Source: Nageia nagi (Eukaryota; Plantae; Pinophyta). From it: DNA of 64,000 bases. Positions 38,601 to 49,503 of the stretch are shown here, one piece after another. The DNA lies in the NCBI GenBank assembly GCA_050084985.1, contig JBITNC010000001.1:79794001-79858000 (forward strand), in the 5' to 3' direction. Under the pieces are notes generated by a model, which saw nothing but the letters and a program-made list of their open reading frames with translations, made no database searches and had not been told where the DNA came from. Numbering within the stretch: position 1 is the first letter of the stretch; each line of letters begins with the position of its first letter. A program made the translations under genes and the position numbers.

Positions 38601-41600
38601 TTGTAAATGTTGACTTTTTGTTTGCTTTTTTGACAAGATGCACCTCCAGTGGATGTAGTGGCAAATCCAGAGGAGGAGTTACATAAAGCATTTCGAGAAG
38701 AATGGCTTGACACGGAGCAGGAGATAGATGAACTTGTGGATGAGGGCAAGGAGGAGGAGTATGCAGAAGATGAGGAGGAGAAGGAGGAGGAGCATCAACA
38801 TTTTGATCCATTTCTTCCTATGGAGATTGATAATGGTGTTGGACCTCACCAGGTTTATGAGCATCGGGTTTTCCGAGACATTAAGAGTGAGTCTAACGAT
38901 GATGAGCCACTTGTTCAGTACCAAAGGATTAGGCAAAAGCCCTACAAGAGTATTGGTGGCGGTTCTAGTAGTTTAGGATTGTCTCCTCGTAATACTCCTA
39001 CCCCTATGAGACCACCTTTTCATTCTCAGTCTCCTACTACACCTATTAGTGGAGCACGTGGTACTGGTACTGGTAGTACTAGTGGTGGCGGACGATTGCA
39101 TAGTAAAAGCGCTAGAGCCTTGGACCGCACATATTGATGAGTCCCCAGGGCCCACACATGGAGTCATGACTCATGAGACATTGTATTTAGTTATTTAGTA
39201 TTATTTGTATTTTGTACTTTGTTGGTGCTTGACAGTGGACACTTAGTGGCATTATGAGTGTATGGGCCAATGTCACAGTACTAGTAGTAGTAGATTTATA
39301 ACTTATGATCTGACAGACATTTTGTAGATGCCTTTTATTTACATATATCGATGATATGATTTATGAAATATGAATGTGTTGGTAACTTGGTAGTTGGTAG
39401 ATGATATGATCATTTATGTGAATGATTTTATCATTTATGGCAATTAGATAAGCATATTGTATAGAAAAAGTTTAAAAAATTGCATTTTTTTTTTAATTTT
39501 CAATACATCACGTTTTTTTCCCGAATTTTCCATTTTTTATTCGTTTATTTGCCGAATTTTCCGTTTTTTGATCCCATTTTTTCGTTTTTTTTCCGTATTT
39601 GCGTATTTTTAGAGCCGGGAATTTTTGTCGTATTCAACGTAGTTTGACCATTTATTGGCCATTTTTTATTTATTGGCCATTTTGACGTCTTTGGGACTGG
39701 GCCGTATTTTCGAAAAACCATCTTTTTATTCTATGTGGTCAACTACACCCAAAAGAGGGCAAGGGTTGGGTAACATCACACCCACCACATGGCATTACCA
39801 GATAACACACTAAAGGCATTGAAAGGGCCTTCACCTAGGATACACATTAAAGTCCGACTATCATTAAATAAATTTTCTTCTAATGGCTATGATTTGCCAT
39901 TACATCAGCATAAAGGGCTTCAAGGCCCAGCGGAGGTAGTGATGCCTACATCATGAGGTACACATGGCATTCAAAGCTAAAAACATCCAATGGGCTTTGC
40001 CCCACACTCATGAGGATGTCAAATTGTTGTTGGATGGATAAAATCTAGACAAAAAAGATTCAAAATGGCATCAGCCAAAGCTTTAAATGGCTTCAATGAA
40101 GCACATGTGACACATCAACATGGCCAGGTGGCAATGAATAATTGGCAATTGAAGTTGGAGATAGGTTGGAGATAGGTCATAGTGTGGAGGTATTTGAGAT
40201 GTTCGATGACATTTGAAACTTTGAAAGTCATTTAAGGTGTGTTATTGTGTCCCTTTGCAATAGAAGACAACATTAGCTAAGAAACACAATTTGTGCCTAT
40301 GATCCCAATTTTATATGACATCATCAAGCAAACATGTGGCAACAAGGCAAAATTAGATAATGAACTACCTTAAGGTTGAGTTTGAAAGGCCAATAGCCAT
40401 TAGACTGTTGAAGGATCTACAATCAAGATCCAAGTTGACAAGATGCCAATCCTTATACACAATGAAGCCCATCCAGCTTAATAAAAAAGGGCTTGCACCA
40501 TAGTCACTTAAGGGAGTTTCCACAAATGGCCTATGAGTTCAAAAGCCTTACAGATGTTGTTGTCAGAAGTCTCAACCAATCAGCTGGTGAGTTGAAATTT
40601 ATGAGACTTTGAACCTGTATGTGAAAATGATATTCACTTCCATCACACGGCAATGTTTGCACAATTATGATTTACTAGTGACATCAGCCTAAAGCCAAAA
40701 AAGGCTCACATAATGTAACCTATGCATTAATCAACACTCAAAGATCGGAAAAGCTTCTGACAACCATCAATCTGGATGATTAAGACAACCAAAATTGGTT
40801 ACATATATCAGAGGGAAATTCCCTTTTAAATAAGTATGTGGGATATATAACTTTTGCAAAATGTGAATCACAATGAAAAGAAAACGACTTGAAGGGAAAT
40901 TCCCTTTTAAATAAGTATGTGGGATATATAACTTTTGCAAAACGTGAATCACAATGAAAAGAAAACGACCATGTGTCATTCAGTGTGATTCTCAAAAGTA
41001 GTGTAAGGGACATCAAAAAGTGAAGGTTGGGAGGTCAGAGACAAAGAGTTGTGAGCTCAGCTGCTTGTAGACTCCAAAAAGAGAGGAGAAACATTGTGCA
41101 TGCAGAAGAGAGTACAAGCCTATGCCAACAGCTATGACTTGCATTTACAGTCCAGAATAACGGCTTGTATTTAAGTATACAACAAATTGAATCATGTTTG
41201 ACCTTGATGTATATACCTCCATATTTTACGAAAAAGAATGGTAGGTCGCTAAAAGTATTATTAATTTATTATTATTTAATGAATAAATGAATAGAATGCA
41301 TGATCTGTCCTGGAGTTCAATATGTAATGAAATTTATTTTTGCTTCCTACAATGTTGTGTAATCTGATTAGTAAGCAGACCCCTAGGGCTTTCCTGTGGT
41401 CACCCTGAGGGATCCTACACCAATAAATATATAAGTTATTCTACCTTTGTATCTTAGCCTTATTTGGTTCTATCCATCAATGTTTACATTCCTTACAAAA
41501 CAAGTAATTGGAAACAAAACATGGGGATCTGCTCTCGATCATGTGTTACTTTTTTAGGGCTTAACCCCTCTATTACACTTATGTATTGTTTTTCTTAGTT

Positions 41601-44600
41601 TGCTTTCTTTTAGTGAGAACCCTTTTGGACCTCACATGCTGCTTCACATAGCTGTACTTCACAGTCCCATTGACCGCTTTTGGTCGCCCATGGACATTAA
41701 TAGAATTTCTTTCTTTCAACCAGCTGTAAAAGAAAATATGAGAATCTGTCTTCTCCATATCACGCACCAAAAATTCCTTCCAATACAGTAAATGTTATCT
41801 CCCTCACCCTGCTGAGGGTTTTCACTTTTCCCCTCTGTATTGTTGCCAAGCTATGAACAGTCTTCACCTGAAGCAGAGAAGTTACCAAATATAATCACTC
41901 CTTGTGCAAAACCATTTGAACACCCATCTCCATATTCTTTTATATTTTTTCAGTCTAAAATGTTTCATGTGGCTAGTGAAATAGAATGATAAACAGGATT
42001 TAGGTATAGATATCTGAGGGGTTTGTTACATTTATAATAAAAAAAATATAAATCCTTTGCCAAAAGAACATAAAATATATATAAATATTGGAAAAGTGGA
42101 AAAGGCCTATAAACAAGTGATAGAAATACAAAAATTCTTCGATGTAGAACGATTCCCATGTCTTTATCAAGGACAATAGTGTTAGACATGCATTAGCCTG
42201 ACAAAAATAGCATAGAAGAGACACACTGTTTTCCAGATGGAATGGAAGAAGTCAAATATAGTGAAAACGTTCAGACATCACAACAAATATGTCATCAATC
42301 CATCATCTCCAAATTCAAATCCAACTGAATTAATGGGATCATCAACAAAAAAAGCATTTGGAAGAATAACAACCATATGCATATTGAACACAATATGAAG
42401 CACAAATGGAAAATCAAAAGCATGCTGAATCGATTTCTAATATTATATATAAAAAATATGGACGTTGACTCATGCTTGGCGACATAGATGATAGTCATAA
42501 GACCATGGATGTGAAATGAATAATTCATTCACCACCAATCATAAACACATACTTTAGTACATCAATACAACATATGTAATAAGATTGTAATTGTATTCAG
42601 TGCTGCAAGAGATCCAACTATTGCATTGCAACAAGATAAAATAGAAACATTTATGATGAAAGGATGAAACCTACATGCCACACATTAATGAAATTGTTTC
42701 AAGGCAGGCCAGGAAACAGACAAGGCAAGATACAAGTTCCAGGATTTTTTACAAAATTGACACACTAAGTATACATTGAGCTAGACAGCATCCTACATTT
42801 GATAATGAGCTTCTCCCCATTATTATGTTTTATACTGTTTGCCAAACCTACCAAGCTACGTAATGCTGGAATACATTAATACTGTGTGATCATCACATGG
42901 GTTTAACAACTAAGCTGGCTAAGTACCCCAGATGGTCCAACACTATTATAATGTCTCATACAACACTCAAGCCGAAAGATATTGAGAAGGTAGCCTTCTT
43001 CAGACTTAAATGCACATTCAACACAAACATTGGATCAACTACTCAAATGCAAATAATCTAAAATAATCACTCATTCCAGAGCATTGTTACAATCACCCTA
43101 CTACATGCTTATAAGACCACTGCTATAATCATCCTAGTAAATGCCTATAACATAACATCACTAGAATTAAGATATTACACCTTGCATGGTTAAAAACTTA
43201 AAACCACGCTTGCCAAAGTCTGCACAAACGCACAATAAACTCCAAAACTTTGATTTTTTTACAGGCCAGCAATAAATTGTCTATTATTCAAAAAAAATCA
43301 GTAAGTGGAAAAATCGTGATATACTGAAAATATTGAAAAAAGGGAAAGGGCAAAAATATCGAGACACAATTTAAAAGAACTTCTTTCTAATTGGAATTTT
43401 AGTATAATTTATTTTGATATTTTTGGCATATCTCTATTATTTTTAAAAATTCCCATTTTTTTGACTGCTTATTAACAGTTTATTCCTGACACAAGATTTT
43501 GCAGGAGTCGCTGATCATGATTTTTCACATATTGCGAATACCAGGACAATCACCTCACTTCAGCCTTCCCACGTGCTATTTTTTACCCCTTTTACATATA
43601 ATTAATACAATCTACCTAGCCACCTTGTTCCTTTAATATCTAGTCAATAATGAAGTTATGGGTGTATAATATTTCTAATATCAGTATTCCAAGGTATAAA
43701 AAAAACCAAGTATTTGATTTACATGCTATTTAAAAAAATCTCAAGAAACCTTGAGAACCTACAGGGAATCTTACTTATCTGTGTTCTTGCAACATATGGA
43801 GAAAAGCATATGAAAAGGTTCCCTCAAGAAAGGGAAGGATGTGAACATTCTCATTGATACAAATAAGCCATAACGAAAGGTGCCCAAGAAGACAAAGGGC
43901 CAAAGTGTGATATTATCATTTAAAAAAATTATCAAATAATCTCAAAGGTCCATCATCCAAATAGAACCCAAAATAGTGCTTAACATTGAAGTTTACAAAG
44001 ACATCCAACTTCTCAAGAGTCAAGAAAATTGATGAACGAGGAATAATACAGGTAATCTTTCAAGCAAAAAAGAAGTCTCAGATTCTGTTATACATAGAAA
44101 TTCCGTGTAAGTCTATGTAATGTCTCTAATTTTGAGTCCCATTCATTTAATGCACTTTCATGTTGTAATTTCATCACATGGAATGGGACACACCCCCTTT
44201 TTTTTAATATAGGCATGTTTTGTTGTAAATAAAGTGATAGGTGAGTTGGTTAAGTATTTAGGAGTGTTTCCATATAAAAGTTAAAACATTATTTAATGTC
44301 ATTGGCATTTTGTAAACTGCTTTTTTCGTATTGTGAACTAGATGGAGCATTGGGGTTTCAAGGGCTAATTAGGCATACCAAGGAGGTGCATTGGATTTCT
44401 AGGTGGTGGTGTCACTCCTTAGGTGGATGCTCACCTATATAACTGAGGAGCAATTCATTTGGAGGGGGCATTTTTATCATTTTACTTGACATCATTTGGA
44501 GAATATTGCTGGGACAGCAAGTTCTATTCCTTTTGTGGATGAAACCCTACAGGAGTGGGAACCCTAGAGGATGAACAGCCTCTTGGTGTTGCGACTTGAG

Positions 44601-47600
44601 GACTAAACCCTTGAGATCTCCATTGGTGGATCCACCCAAGATTCACAATTGAGCATATTGGATTGAGAATTAGAGACTTTTGCATTCAGATCTAGGGTTC
44701 AGAGACCCTATTGAGGAGTGCCCAGCCTTGGAGAAGGAAATTTCAGATCTCATAGTTTTCCACCTGCCGAGGATCCAGTCGCCCAATTTTGGGGACCTTT
44801 TTTGTGCATTTTCAGACCCGATCTGGCCTCTCATGCCTGGCATCCAGCCCTAGGCATTTTCTTTATGCATTTTGGAGCATTTTTCTTGTAGTACAAGTGA
44901 TCTGAGATTTATTGTCAATTTTTAAATTGGAGTTGTTATGACTGATCTTAACCTGCAATTTGAGTAATTTTCTGCTGTAATTTTCAGTTATAATTTCAGA
45001 TCTGAAATGAGGGCAATAATTTTAAGAAAATTTGATTTTTATTTGCATAAATTCTGGTTTTCCTAGATTGGAGTCTTACGGTCTAAGCCTTGTGACTAAC
45101 TTGCACATCATAACCAAAAACATTATGATATACGCATGGTACTCCAGCACTCTAACTTGAACATCACAACCAAAAATATTTAGAGATATGCATATTAGTG
45201 TCACAGTGAACACCTTTCCAGGGAAAGGGCTAATATTTACCCATTTGCTTTTTGAAAATAAGATTTATAAAAAGAAACACCAATGAGAATCGGTATTTGT
45301 CTTATTTTATAAAAATAGAGTAGTCTGTACAGGGCATAGAAAAACATTCAAAAATAATGGATGAAGCATTATTAAGTGCTACTATTTGGTTAAGATGGCA
45401 CAGACTTGGTTCTCATTTCATTACGCCTCTGATACAATGAATTTAGTAGTAATTACTTCACCGTTCCCTTTTACACAAAAAGCATCATATGCAAATAAGA
45501 AAAGCCTTGTCCGTGATGTATCAGAGAGACAAAAATGTCCTTACGTATGGGGTCCTAATTCCTTGATATCATGTTCTATTATGAAATCATAACGTCCCCC
45601 TGCTCTGATGGATTCAACTGGTGATTTTGATGTGTCTGACAGGACCAAGCGTTGACGTTCTGTTTGAATTTCTGCCTGCAAACAAGATATGCCACAGATC
45701 ATTTGTTGAATGTATCAATGTGTGTATGTGCAATTAATAAAAACAGTTAAAGAAGCACACTGAGTTTCTACCCTGAAAAACAACCTTTAGCCTTCCACTA
45801 TTGCAAATAAAGGATTGACCCTTCTGCATGCTAAAATTGTGTGGCAACCAAGCCATTACATGACCACTCTTCATGCTTTGTGGTCTGAAAGACAAATGAC
45901 TTGAATTGAAAAAAAAATGGCATAGAAGAAGAACTAAAAACCTTCAATACATCATAGTTTTAAGTTTCACGTGATTGTGTTCTATAACCTAATGCCCAGA
46001 GACAGTATAGTTATCTTTTGTCTGAGATATTATAATTCATCATGCAACTCCAAGACCTATGCTATACAGCCTACAAGTGATATTATTTGATGGATTTGGT
46101 TAAACAACAAAGTTGTTTTCGAACAGTGACATCATAAACAACTTTTAACTATGATTTTGAAATTGTAAAGAATGTATACGCAAGAAGTACAAAATGAATT
46201 TCTGATATATGGGCTTATGAAGGTGTGAATCTGCACCAGCGTATCAAAAGAAGAAGATAGCATTGAAAGGAAGATTAAGATTATATTTAGCATCCAAATC
46301 AACTATATTGAGGAAGGTAGTTGGAGAACAGATGCAAGCATGTTACATTTATCCAGCATTGTAAATAAACATGATGAATGTGAATTCAAAAGCACATAGC
46401 AAGCAGAAATCAATAATCAAACCTCTGTACCTGTAGGCTACCAAACATTGATTATTAAGAACACAAAATTTATAATCATTTGAATCCTTGTTCTTATTTA
46501 GCTTCATCTCTGATTCTGACATCTCTTTCTCATTTTCTATGTTGATCTCCCATACCAAACATGTGCTTTTATATTTCCTTCATAAGGCTCTTGAGAATGT
46601 ATCTCAACACTACACATATTCAGGTTCTTTCATGTCTATTTTTTTTCTTACCCATGAAGTATTGCACCCCATTAAGTCACAACCTTGTCACCAAAAGCAA
46701 ATTATTTAGTCCTTCCTCTTTTCATTCGATTTTTCCATACTCTTTTTTCTCCTTTATCATATATGGTGCTTAGCATCAGATTCCTTCCTAGTAGTAGATT
46801 CTTCAAAGGTTCGGGGATTATCTCATTCTCTGTTGAGCTTGTTCTCCATAGTATTTTGTTTGTCTCTGTTCTAGGTGCTACATATAGGCTTAGGGTTGTA
46901 GCACTTGAAATTCTGCGACATTGATTGCTCCTTTTGATCCCAGTTGTCATGCTGATGTTTCACACTCACTATAGCTAAGGGAAATTCAGTCTCCACTTGA
47001 TGTCGTGGTGTTCCTGCATCTAAAGCACAGATAATCTGTTCCATTTACTTTTCAACAAATTGAATACTTCATCAGACCTGTATCTGGTATCTCTTTGAAC
47101 TTAAAATTTCTTACCTTACCAATTCATGTATCACGTCCTCTGAAGTGAATACAAATTATAGTGCCTATTCATAGTTTTGTGCTTGTCAAACTTGAAAATT
47201 AACATCCAATGCTCAGAAACTTAAAACCATAACTACCCTTTAGAAAATGTATTTCCTCTGAGCTTGGCAAGATGGACAACATGGTGGAACAAGAAAGATT
47301 AAGGATTTCCAAATTGGAATAAGTTTAATAACGAACTACTCAAAGTGGTATTCTGGTCCTTGATTAGTTAGAAACACAAAGAGGAGAATGTGCAACTGAG
47401 CAAGTCTGTCATGGTGCTCAATGTTATGCCAAATCATCACTGATCTGATAAATGTGGCAATGCCTTCATCATTTGAAAGTAGTGTAACATAACGAAAAAT
47501 TGCAATTATCCATAATTTTAGTTGACATATGTCATTTATAGTTATGGCAACTTGATTAGTACAAATAGAAGTCACATAAACATTATTTATTCTAGTTACA

Positions 47601-49503
47601 ACTTACACTAACTTGCAAGAGATTTCATCATTTGTTTGAAGTCCTTGATATAAAGACATGTTGCACAAAAGCTATCTCCAAATAGACAAACACCCACAGA
47701 CTGACAAAATTAAGGTCTTCCACGGACCACAACTTACGGTATAAATCCCAATTTACTTCTGCAACTAGACAAACCACAATCTCTCTGAGAAACTTGATAG
47801 CATTAACAAAAAATTAAGGTGAAGGTGAAGTCATGAAGACAACTCAGATGATGAAATACGAAATTTGATAAGGAAAATGGTATCACAAACAATTAGAATT
47901 GATAGCTAACCCCTGGTCTTTCTTAACTTCCTTCTTTTTTTGACACATTTTCTATTTATATCATCATACTTACCAGTCAGTGATGCCCTAGAAAGTCGAA
48001 AGTGCCCTTATACAACACAATCACATTAATAAGATTAATGGCATTCTTTCTTCAAGAGTACATGTTTTCTTTCTTCTGAGAGTTCAGAGAGGTGATGCCC
48101 TTCTCTGAACTAAACTGCACTACTTCAACCCAAACCTCAGGTACAAGTTCAATCCATGGTTGTGTTGTAAATGCAGTGAAAAATATCACTAATGCAAAGC
48201 AGTACCCATGTAAAAATCAAAAAGTCACCTTGACCTTTGAAAATTTTTCCATTTGATTTTTACATACACTAGAATTGATTTTTACTTTTTGAAATTTGTG
48301 TCTTTGTAGCAGACATACCCTTTTGCAATAACCATGGTTGCATTGTATTCCAACAATTTAGACAAGTGTTTTTGGCCTGCATCAGTAAGCGGGTGCAAGG
48401 ACGACAATAAGTTTATCAAAATTTAACTCAGGCTTGACAAAAACTCGTGAATGGGGAAAATCAGCAAAATACAGTCAGCTTATAAAACTCAAGTTAAATG
48501 CGGGTAGAGGAGAAATTTGGATAGTACTTGTGCGACTTACAAAGTTTTGACAATTATGGTCTACTCCATAACAATTTGACAGACAAAAAAGTTTTCCTTA
48601 AGGAAACTTAAAACCACTCATTTGTCTGGGAGAGCAGGACAGTGTGGTATGTTGGGATGGACCAACTTGGCCTAGCTCTTCAGACCGGGCTGTACTCTAA
48701 CTCTCAAACCTATATTAATGGGTAATCCAGGGAAAAAAACACTAATCTGATATAACATAGCCAGTAGTGTCACCAGCCACACCATGTCAATATGCCCTTA
48801 AAAGTTTAAAACCATGCAAATTACATGAAATTCTCCCCCTCGAACACCAAACATTTGAGACCGACAGGCCCAAACGACTACATTTTTCTAGAAACTAAAA
48901 ATCCAGGGGTTTCTATATCTCAATTAAAATTCAATAAAATATTACAACTGACCTTGATACCACATCTCTGACTTCAAAGCTGGAGTGATTAGCAACACTG
49001 ATATAGCTACAGAATGTCTCCCCCAAGTATATTGCACTACACCACACCAACACCAACTAACATCACAATTGGCTTAAATAATATAACCAAATAGTATCAA
49101 ATGTAAGCAAATTGTATGGAATTTAAAAACAAAAAAGAGCATAACTGAATGATTAAAATAATGCAACTAAAATTGTTATTCATATGAATTTTAAATGCAA
49201 AAGCGAACATAATTAACTTATATACCCAAAGGCTTGTGGGAGTACCAACAGCCCAGAAAAACCCATTGCATCCATGGGGCCTTCGAGTTCGAATCTCCTC
49301 CAGTAGCCCTCCTTCTCCTTGGATCGATCCTCCTCAAGCAGTGTCATTGTCGATTGTGCGTGATGGTTGTCGAAAAAATCTTCACCCAAAAGGAGATCGA
49401 GAGGGTCGCAGCGAAGTGGGTGATCGATTTGGAAAGAAGGCCTACATAGCCTCATGACCCTGAATGCCAGGGAATGAGATCCCCCTTGCCCTGTTCCACT
49501 CAT
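8608..49503 (-). CDS. TRAPPC13: Trafficking protein particle complex subunit 13 (TRAPPC13/Trs65-like), spliced; 8 coding exons in window, 3' exons probably beyond the left edge
   Basis: Exons 49503-49226, 49036-48953, 45675-45545, 33452-33350, 33000-32986, 17852-17707, 17412-17217 and 8682-8608 all have AG/GT boundaries. The joined peptide carries family motifs HSLAFRVMRLCRP, LPQAFGAIYLGETFCSYI, AEIQTERQR, PQFFKFAVANPLSVRTK, FLEACIENHTK and LGKLQITWRTNLGEPGRLQTQQI. Phases are consistent except at the exon 2/3 junction. Confidence 0.95.
9043..9453. repeat. Diverged ~240-bp direct duplication
   Basis: TGTTGTCCC(C/T)ATCCTG(A/G)AGACTTC and TCATGTCTAGA..TTACTACTCCA.TGCCTGAAAT each occur twice about 240 bp apart. 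Confidence 0.75.
10028..15987 (-). mobile_element. Non-autonomous chromovirus-like gypsy LTR element with TAGTC TSD
   Basis: 3' LTR 10028-11154 (TGTAAT...ATTACA), PPT at 11155, chromodomain remnant (RNLRNKVIIKYLVQGKGLPD, ~11200-11300), homologous truncated 5' LTR ~15180-15987; TAGTC at 10023-10027 and 15988-15992. No recognisable RT or integrase core. Confidence 0.85.
12969..14002 (+). mobile_element. Probable solo LTR nested in the gypsy element
   Basis: TGTAAAT...ATTACA termini; CCTATATAAA box at ~13360; architecture similar to the 44116-45080 solo LTR. TSD imperfect (AATGT/CAAGT). Confidence 0.55.
15926..16076. repeat. ~75-bp tandem duplication spanning the LTR terminus, TSD and flank
   Basis: CACTTTGTATAAAAATAATCATTAATAATTTA..ACTCATCAAGTAAAAAGGGGACA(T/C)TACATAGTC occurs twice. 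Confidence 0.9.
17217..17412 (-). CDS. TRAPPC13: TRAPPC13 exon 7 (...GGVRNYLYQL...LGKLQITWRTNLGEPGRLQTQQILGN)
   Basis: GGTCAG|G acceptor, AAC|GTAAGA donor, 196 nt. Confidence 0.93.
17707..17852 (-). CDS. TRAPPC13: TRAPPC13 exon 6 (DSTFLEACIENHTKSHLYMDQVQFEPAQPW...)
   Basis: GAACAG|GAC acceptor, AG|GTACTG donor, 146 nt. Confidence 0.92.
20474..23230 (+). pseudogene. hAT transposase pseudogene with introns, copy 1
   Basis: KLKCNLCGK (BED finger); VTNNTINYVSAGRMLMDRYPSIFWTSCAFHCIDLLLE (DUF659); LAICILSQTCRASGC (dimerisation domain); many stops. Confidence 0.88.
23400..26548 (+). mobile_element. Internally deleted copia element nested in the 3' region of hAT copy 1
   Basis: LTRs 23400-24123 and 26079-26548 (TGTTAGGAATGG...ATCCTAACA); PBS TGGTATCAAAGC (iMet type); PPT AGGTGGGAGAT; TSD CCGCT/CCACT; gag FNGQNFQFWKMQIED, zinc knuckle and protease IDSGASFH; integrase, RT and RNase H missing. 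Confidence 0.92.
26940..27710. mobile_element. hAT-type MITE / non-autonomous element
   Basis: TIRs CAACGTTATCA / TGACAACCTTG; 8-bp TSD ATTGGAAG/ATTGGAGG; clustered GGGGAC/GTCCCC subterminal motifs; AT-rich core. Confidence 0.85.
28696..29741 (-). mobile_element. Probable solo LTR with internal tandem repeats
   Basis: Starts TGTTGGG; CTCTATTTATAGG box (minus-strand TATA) at ~29247; GACTTGCCTTCTCTTGGCTT repeats at 29110-29230; interrupts the L1-like ORF. Right end and TSD uncertain. Confidence 0.5.
30808..31865 (-). mobile_element. LTR-like insert with GC/CpG-rich core
   Basis: TGTAAAGG start, CCTGGTTCACCCAATGTGGGCTACATCCAG LTR-type motif, ends near CCCTTCTAAC; no clean TSD. Confidence 0.45.
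31932..32703 (+). mobile_element. Solo LTR (gypsy-like)
   Basis: TGTAATATCC...GGATTTTACA inverted termini; perfect 5-bp TSD ATCAT. Confidence 0.88.
32986..33000 (-). CDS. TRAPPC13: TRAPPC13 exon 5, 15-nt microexon (VRSVK)
   Basis: TTTGTGGCAG|GTG CGG TCT GTC AAG|GTAAT; fills the gap between ...VRTK and DSTFLEAC. Confidence 0.85.
33350..33452 (-). CDS. TRAPPC13: TRAPPC13 exon 4 (LVCMATYIDADGERKHLPQFFKFAVANPLSVRTK)
   Basis: CCTAG|G acceptor, AAG|GTAGG donor, 103 nt, phase-compatible. Confidence 0.93.
33641..33992. mobile_element. MITE-like element, copy A
   Basis: Homologous to 43205-43540 (AAAACTTGATTTTTT.CAGGC..GCAATAAATT...ACA.TTTAAAAGAA); TTGGCAAGC end is complementary to the GCTTGCCAA start of copy B. 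Confidence 0.5.
35469..39735 (+). mobile_element. hAT DNA transposon copy 2, both ends intact
   Basis: 13-bp TIRs CATAGAATAAAAA / TTTTTATTCTATG; 8-bp TSD GGATCAAC/TGGTCAAC; AAACG/CGTTT subterminal repeats. Confidence 0.92.
36095..39137 (+). pseudogene. hAT transposase pseudogene with introns, copy 2
   Basis: FWQYV..HFNCNLCGK; WKLSGCTILSNGWSD..LINFLV; LRLGVTRFVSNF; PLVRVLRLVDSDKPTMGYLYEAM; WWANFGGEIPKLQRFAIRILSQTCSTSGCEHNWSAFEKIH; premature stops. Confidence 0.92.
40812..40969. repeat. Near-perfect tandem duplication, period 81 bp
   Basis: AGGGAAATTCCCTTTTAAATAAGTATGTGGG...GAAAAGAAAACGAC at 40812 and 40893, one substitution. Confidence 0.95.
41545..41717 (+). mobile_element. Third, very short 3' end of the stem-loop-tailed LINE family (or a derived SINE)
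   Basis: CCCATTGACCGCTTTTGGTCGCCCATGGACATTAATAGAA-(TTTC)3; left boundary approximate. Confidence 0.6.
43205..43540. mobile_element. MITE-like element, copy B
   Basis: Homology to 33641-33992. Confidence 0.5.
44116..45080 (+). mobile_element. Solo LTR (gypsy-like)
   Basis: TGTAATGTCTC...GAGTCTTACG (terminal CA mutated to CG); perfect TSD GTCTA; CCTATATAA box at ~44435. Confidence 0.88.
45545..45675 (-). CDS. TRAPPC13: TRAPPC13 exon 3 (AEIQTERQRLVLSDTSKSPVESIRAGGRYDFIIEHDIKELGPH)
   Basis: TTTGCAG|GCA acceptor, AC|GTAAG donor, 131 nt. Confidence 0.93.
48953..49036 (-). CDS. TRAPPC13: TRAPPC13 exon 2 (AIYLGETFCSYISVANHSSFEVRDV...)
   Basis: Acceptor GTGTAG|T and donor AAG|GTCAGT; 84 nt, 1 nt short of the phase exon 3 requires. 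Confidence 0.88.
49226..49503 (-). CDS. TRAPPC13: TRAPPC13 exon 1 (MSGTGQGGSHSLAFRVMRL...LPQAFG)
   Basis: ORF track 49213..49503; donor TTTGG|GTATAT, phase 2. Confidence 0.93.

Noticed and set aside
35416-41490. Large solo LTR hosting hAT copy 2
   Set aside because: LTR-like composition and TG...CA candidates exist, but no convincing TSD; boundaries are unsupported.
1-49503. Global antisense orientation bias of intronic TEs
   Set aside because: Many inserts are antisense, but several LTR elements (1-3370, 4300-6770, 10028-15987, 28696-29741) are sense; too few to claim a bias.
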